64,000 nt of DNA from Macrostomum lignano (taxonomy: Eukaryota), in contig NIVC01000327.1 of NCBI GenBank assembly GCA_002269645.1, forward strand, positions 248,001 through 312,000, in the 5' to 3' direction. Under the pieces are notes generated by a model. It ran no database searches, was not told the origin of the DNA, and saw only the letters and a program-made list of their open reading frames with translations. Made by a program: the position numbers and the translations under genes. How positions within the stretch are numbered: the stretch's first letter is position 1; every line of letters begins with the position of its first letter. This document shows, piece after piece, positions 63,173 through 64,000 of the stretch.

Positions 63173-64000
63173 AATAGTTTTCTACATATTTGTGCGTCTT
63201 CTCCACGATGAATGAAAGTGGCGGGAATATGAAATTGAAGTCTTCACACTTATTGACCAAATTGCGTAGTTTATTGCAAAAATGACAAGATATTGTCTTT
63301 GAAGTATAAAAATTACAATTTCTTAGGAAAGTGCCAAAATTGCCATTTATTAGAGTGTAGTTAATTATAATTAAGAACATTGGTTGCTATTTAAAAGTTT
63401 TACTGTTTTAATGGCGAATATTTTTCTTTCTTGTGAAGTGAAGATTTGATGCAAATTATTTAGATAGTTTATATCTTATAGCAAAATACTTTAAATAATA
63501 TTCAGTTACAGACTTGACTTGGAAGTATTTGTTTAAACTATTATAGCCTGCTTTTTTTTATCAAAGTCTGGTGTGATTATTCTAACGATTGTAAATATAG
63601 TAAAATAATTCAGATGACAGAATGCTATACCATATAGTCATACAGTAATTGCGCAACTTTAGCTATTCTAGCAAATTTTAACCATTTTAGCTAAATATAT
63701 ATTTAAGCTCCGCTACATATTGACTTCGATGCAAGCTCTTAGTATGAAACAGTGTGACTGGTTTCAAATCAATGATGAGACATTCAAAATTAGCCCTAGG
63801 CCTTAGCTTAGGGCCTATTTAAATATTATAAGGCAAGGGCCTATATGGACTAGGCCTATGGCTGGCTATGCTTTTATCAGTTGAATTCTATCATTAGCTA
63901 GATAAAAAAAGCTTATTTAATGACTTATTCTATAGGCTAAAAGTTTTAGTTTTGAATAGGTCTATATTTTTGTTATAATTATTGTAATATACATTTTTAT

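Noticed and set aside
63641-63720. TA-CAGTAATTGCGCAAC, possible start of another pogo-like TIR
   Set aside because: No partner end inside the window.

Overview
Repeat-rich eukaryotic DNA, probably from an invertebrate animal (spliceosomal GT-AG introns; no rRNA, tRNA or CRISPR seen). The first ~11 kb hold the 3' part of a PTPN3/PTPN4-type tyrosine phosphatase gene (PDZ + PTP domains) whose introns are filled with minisatellites. From 16.2 to 62.7 kb the window is one nested stack of transposons, defined by terminal inverted repeats (TIRs) and target-site duplications (TSDs) read directly from the sequence. A 197-bp satellite is split by a CACTA/CMC-type element (16154-62660, TSD TG). Inside it is a TA-flanked TIR element (17448-61398). 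That contains a 45-bp minisatellite split by a non-autonomous CACTA, a 148-bp satellite split by two coding CACTA elements, and a spliced pogo-family transposase gene. One of the two coding CACTAs looks intact and has a 7-exon BEN-like accessory gene; the other has a CIDE-N-like accessory gene interrupted by a MITE. The most unusual item is the pogo gene: three exons join in frame into a ~922-aa HTH-DD35D transposase fused to an OTU-type protease domain and a terminal beta-barrel-like module, and its first intron is a 9.8-kb minisatellite. Most other entries in the ORF track are translations of tandem repeats. All domain calls are by eye from motifs; no database searches were run.
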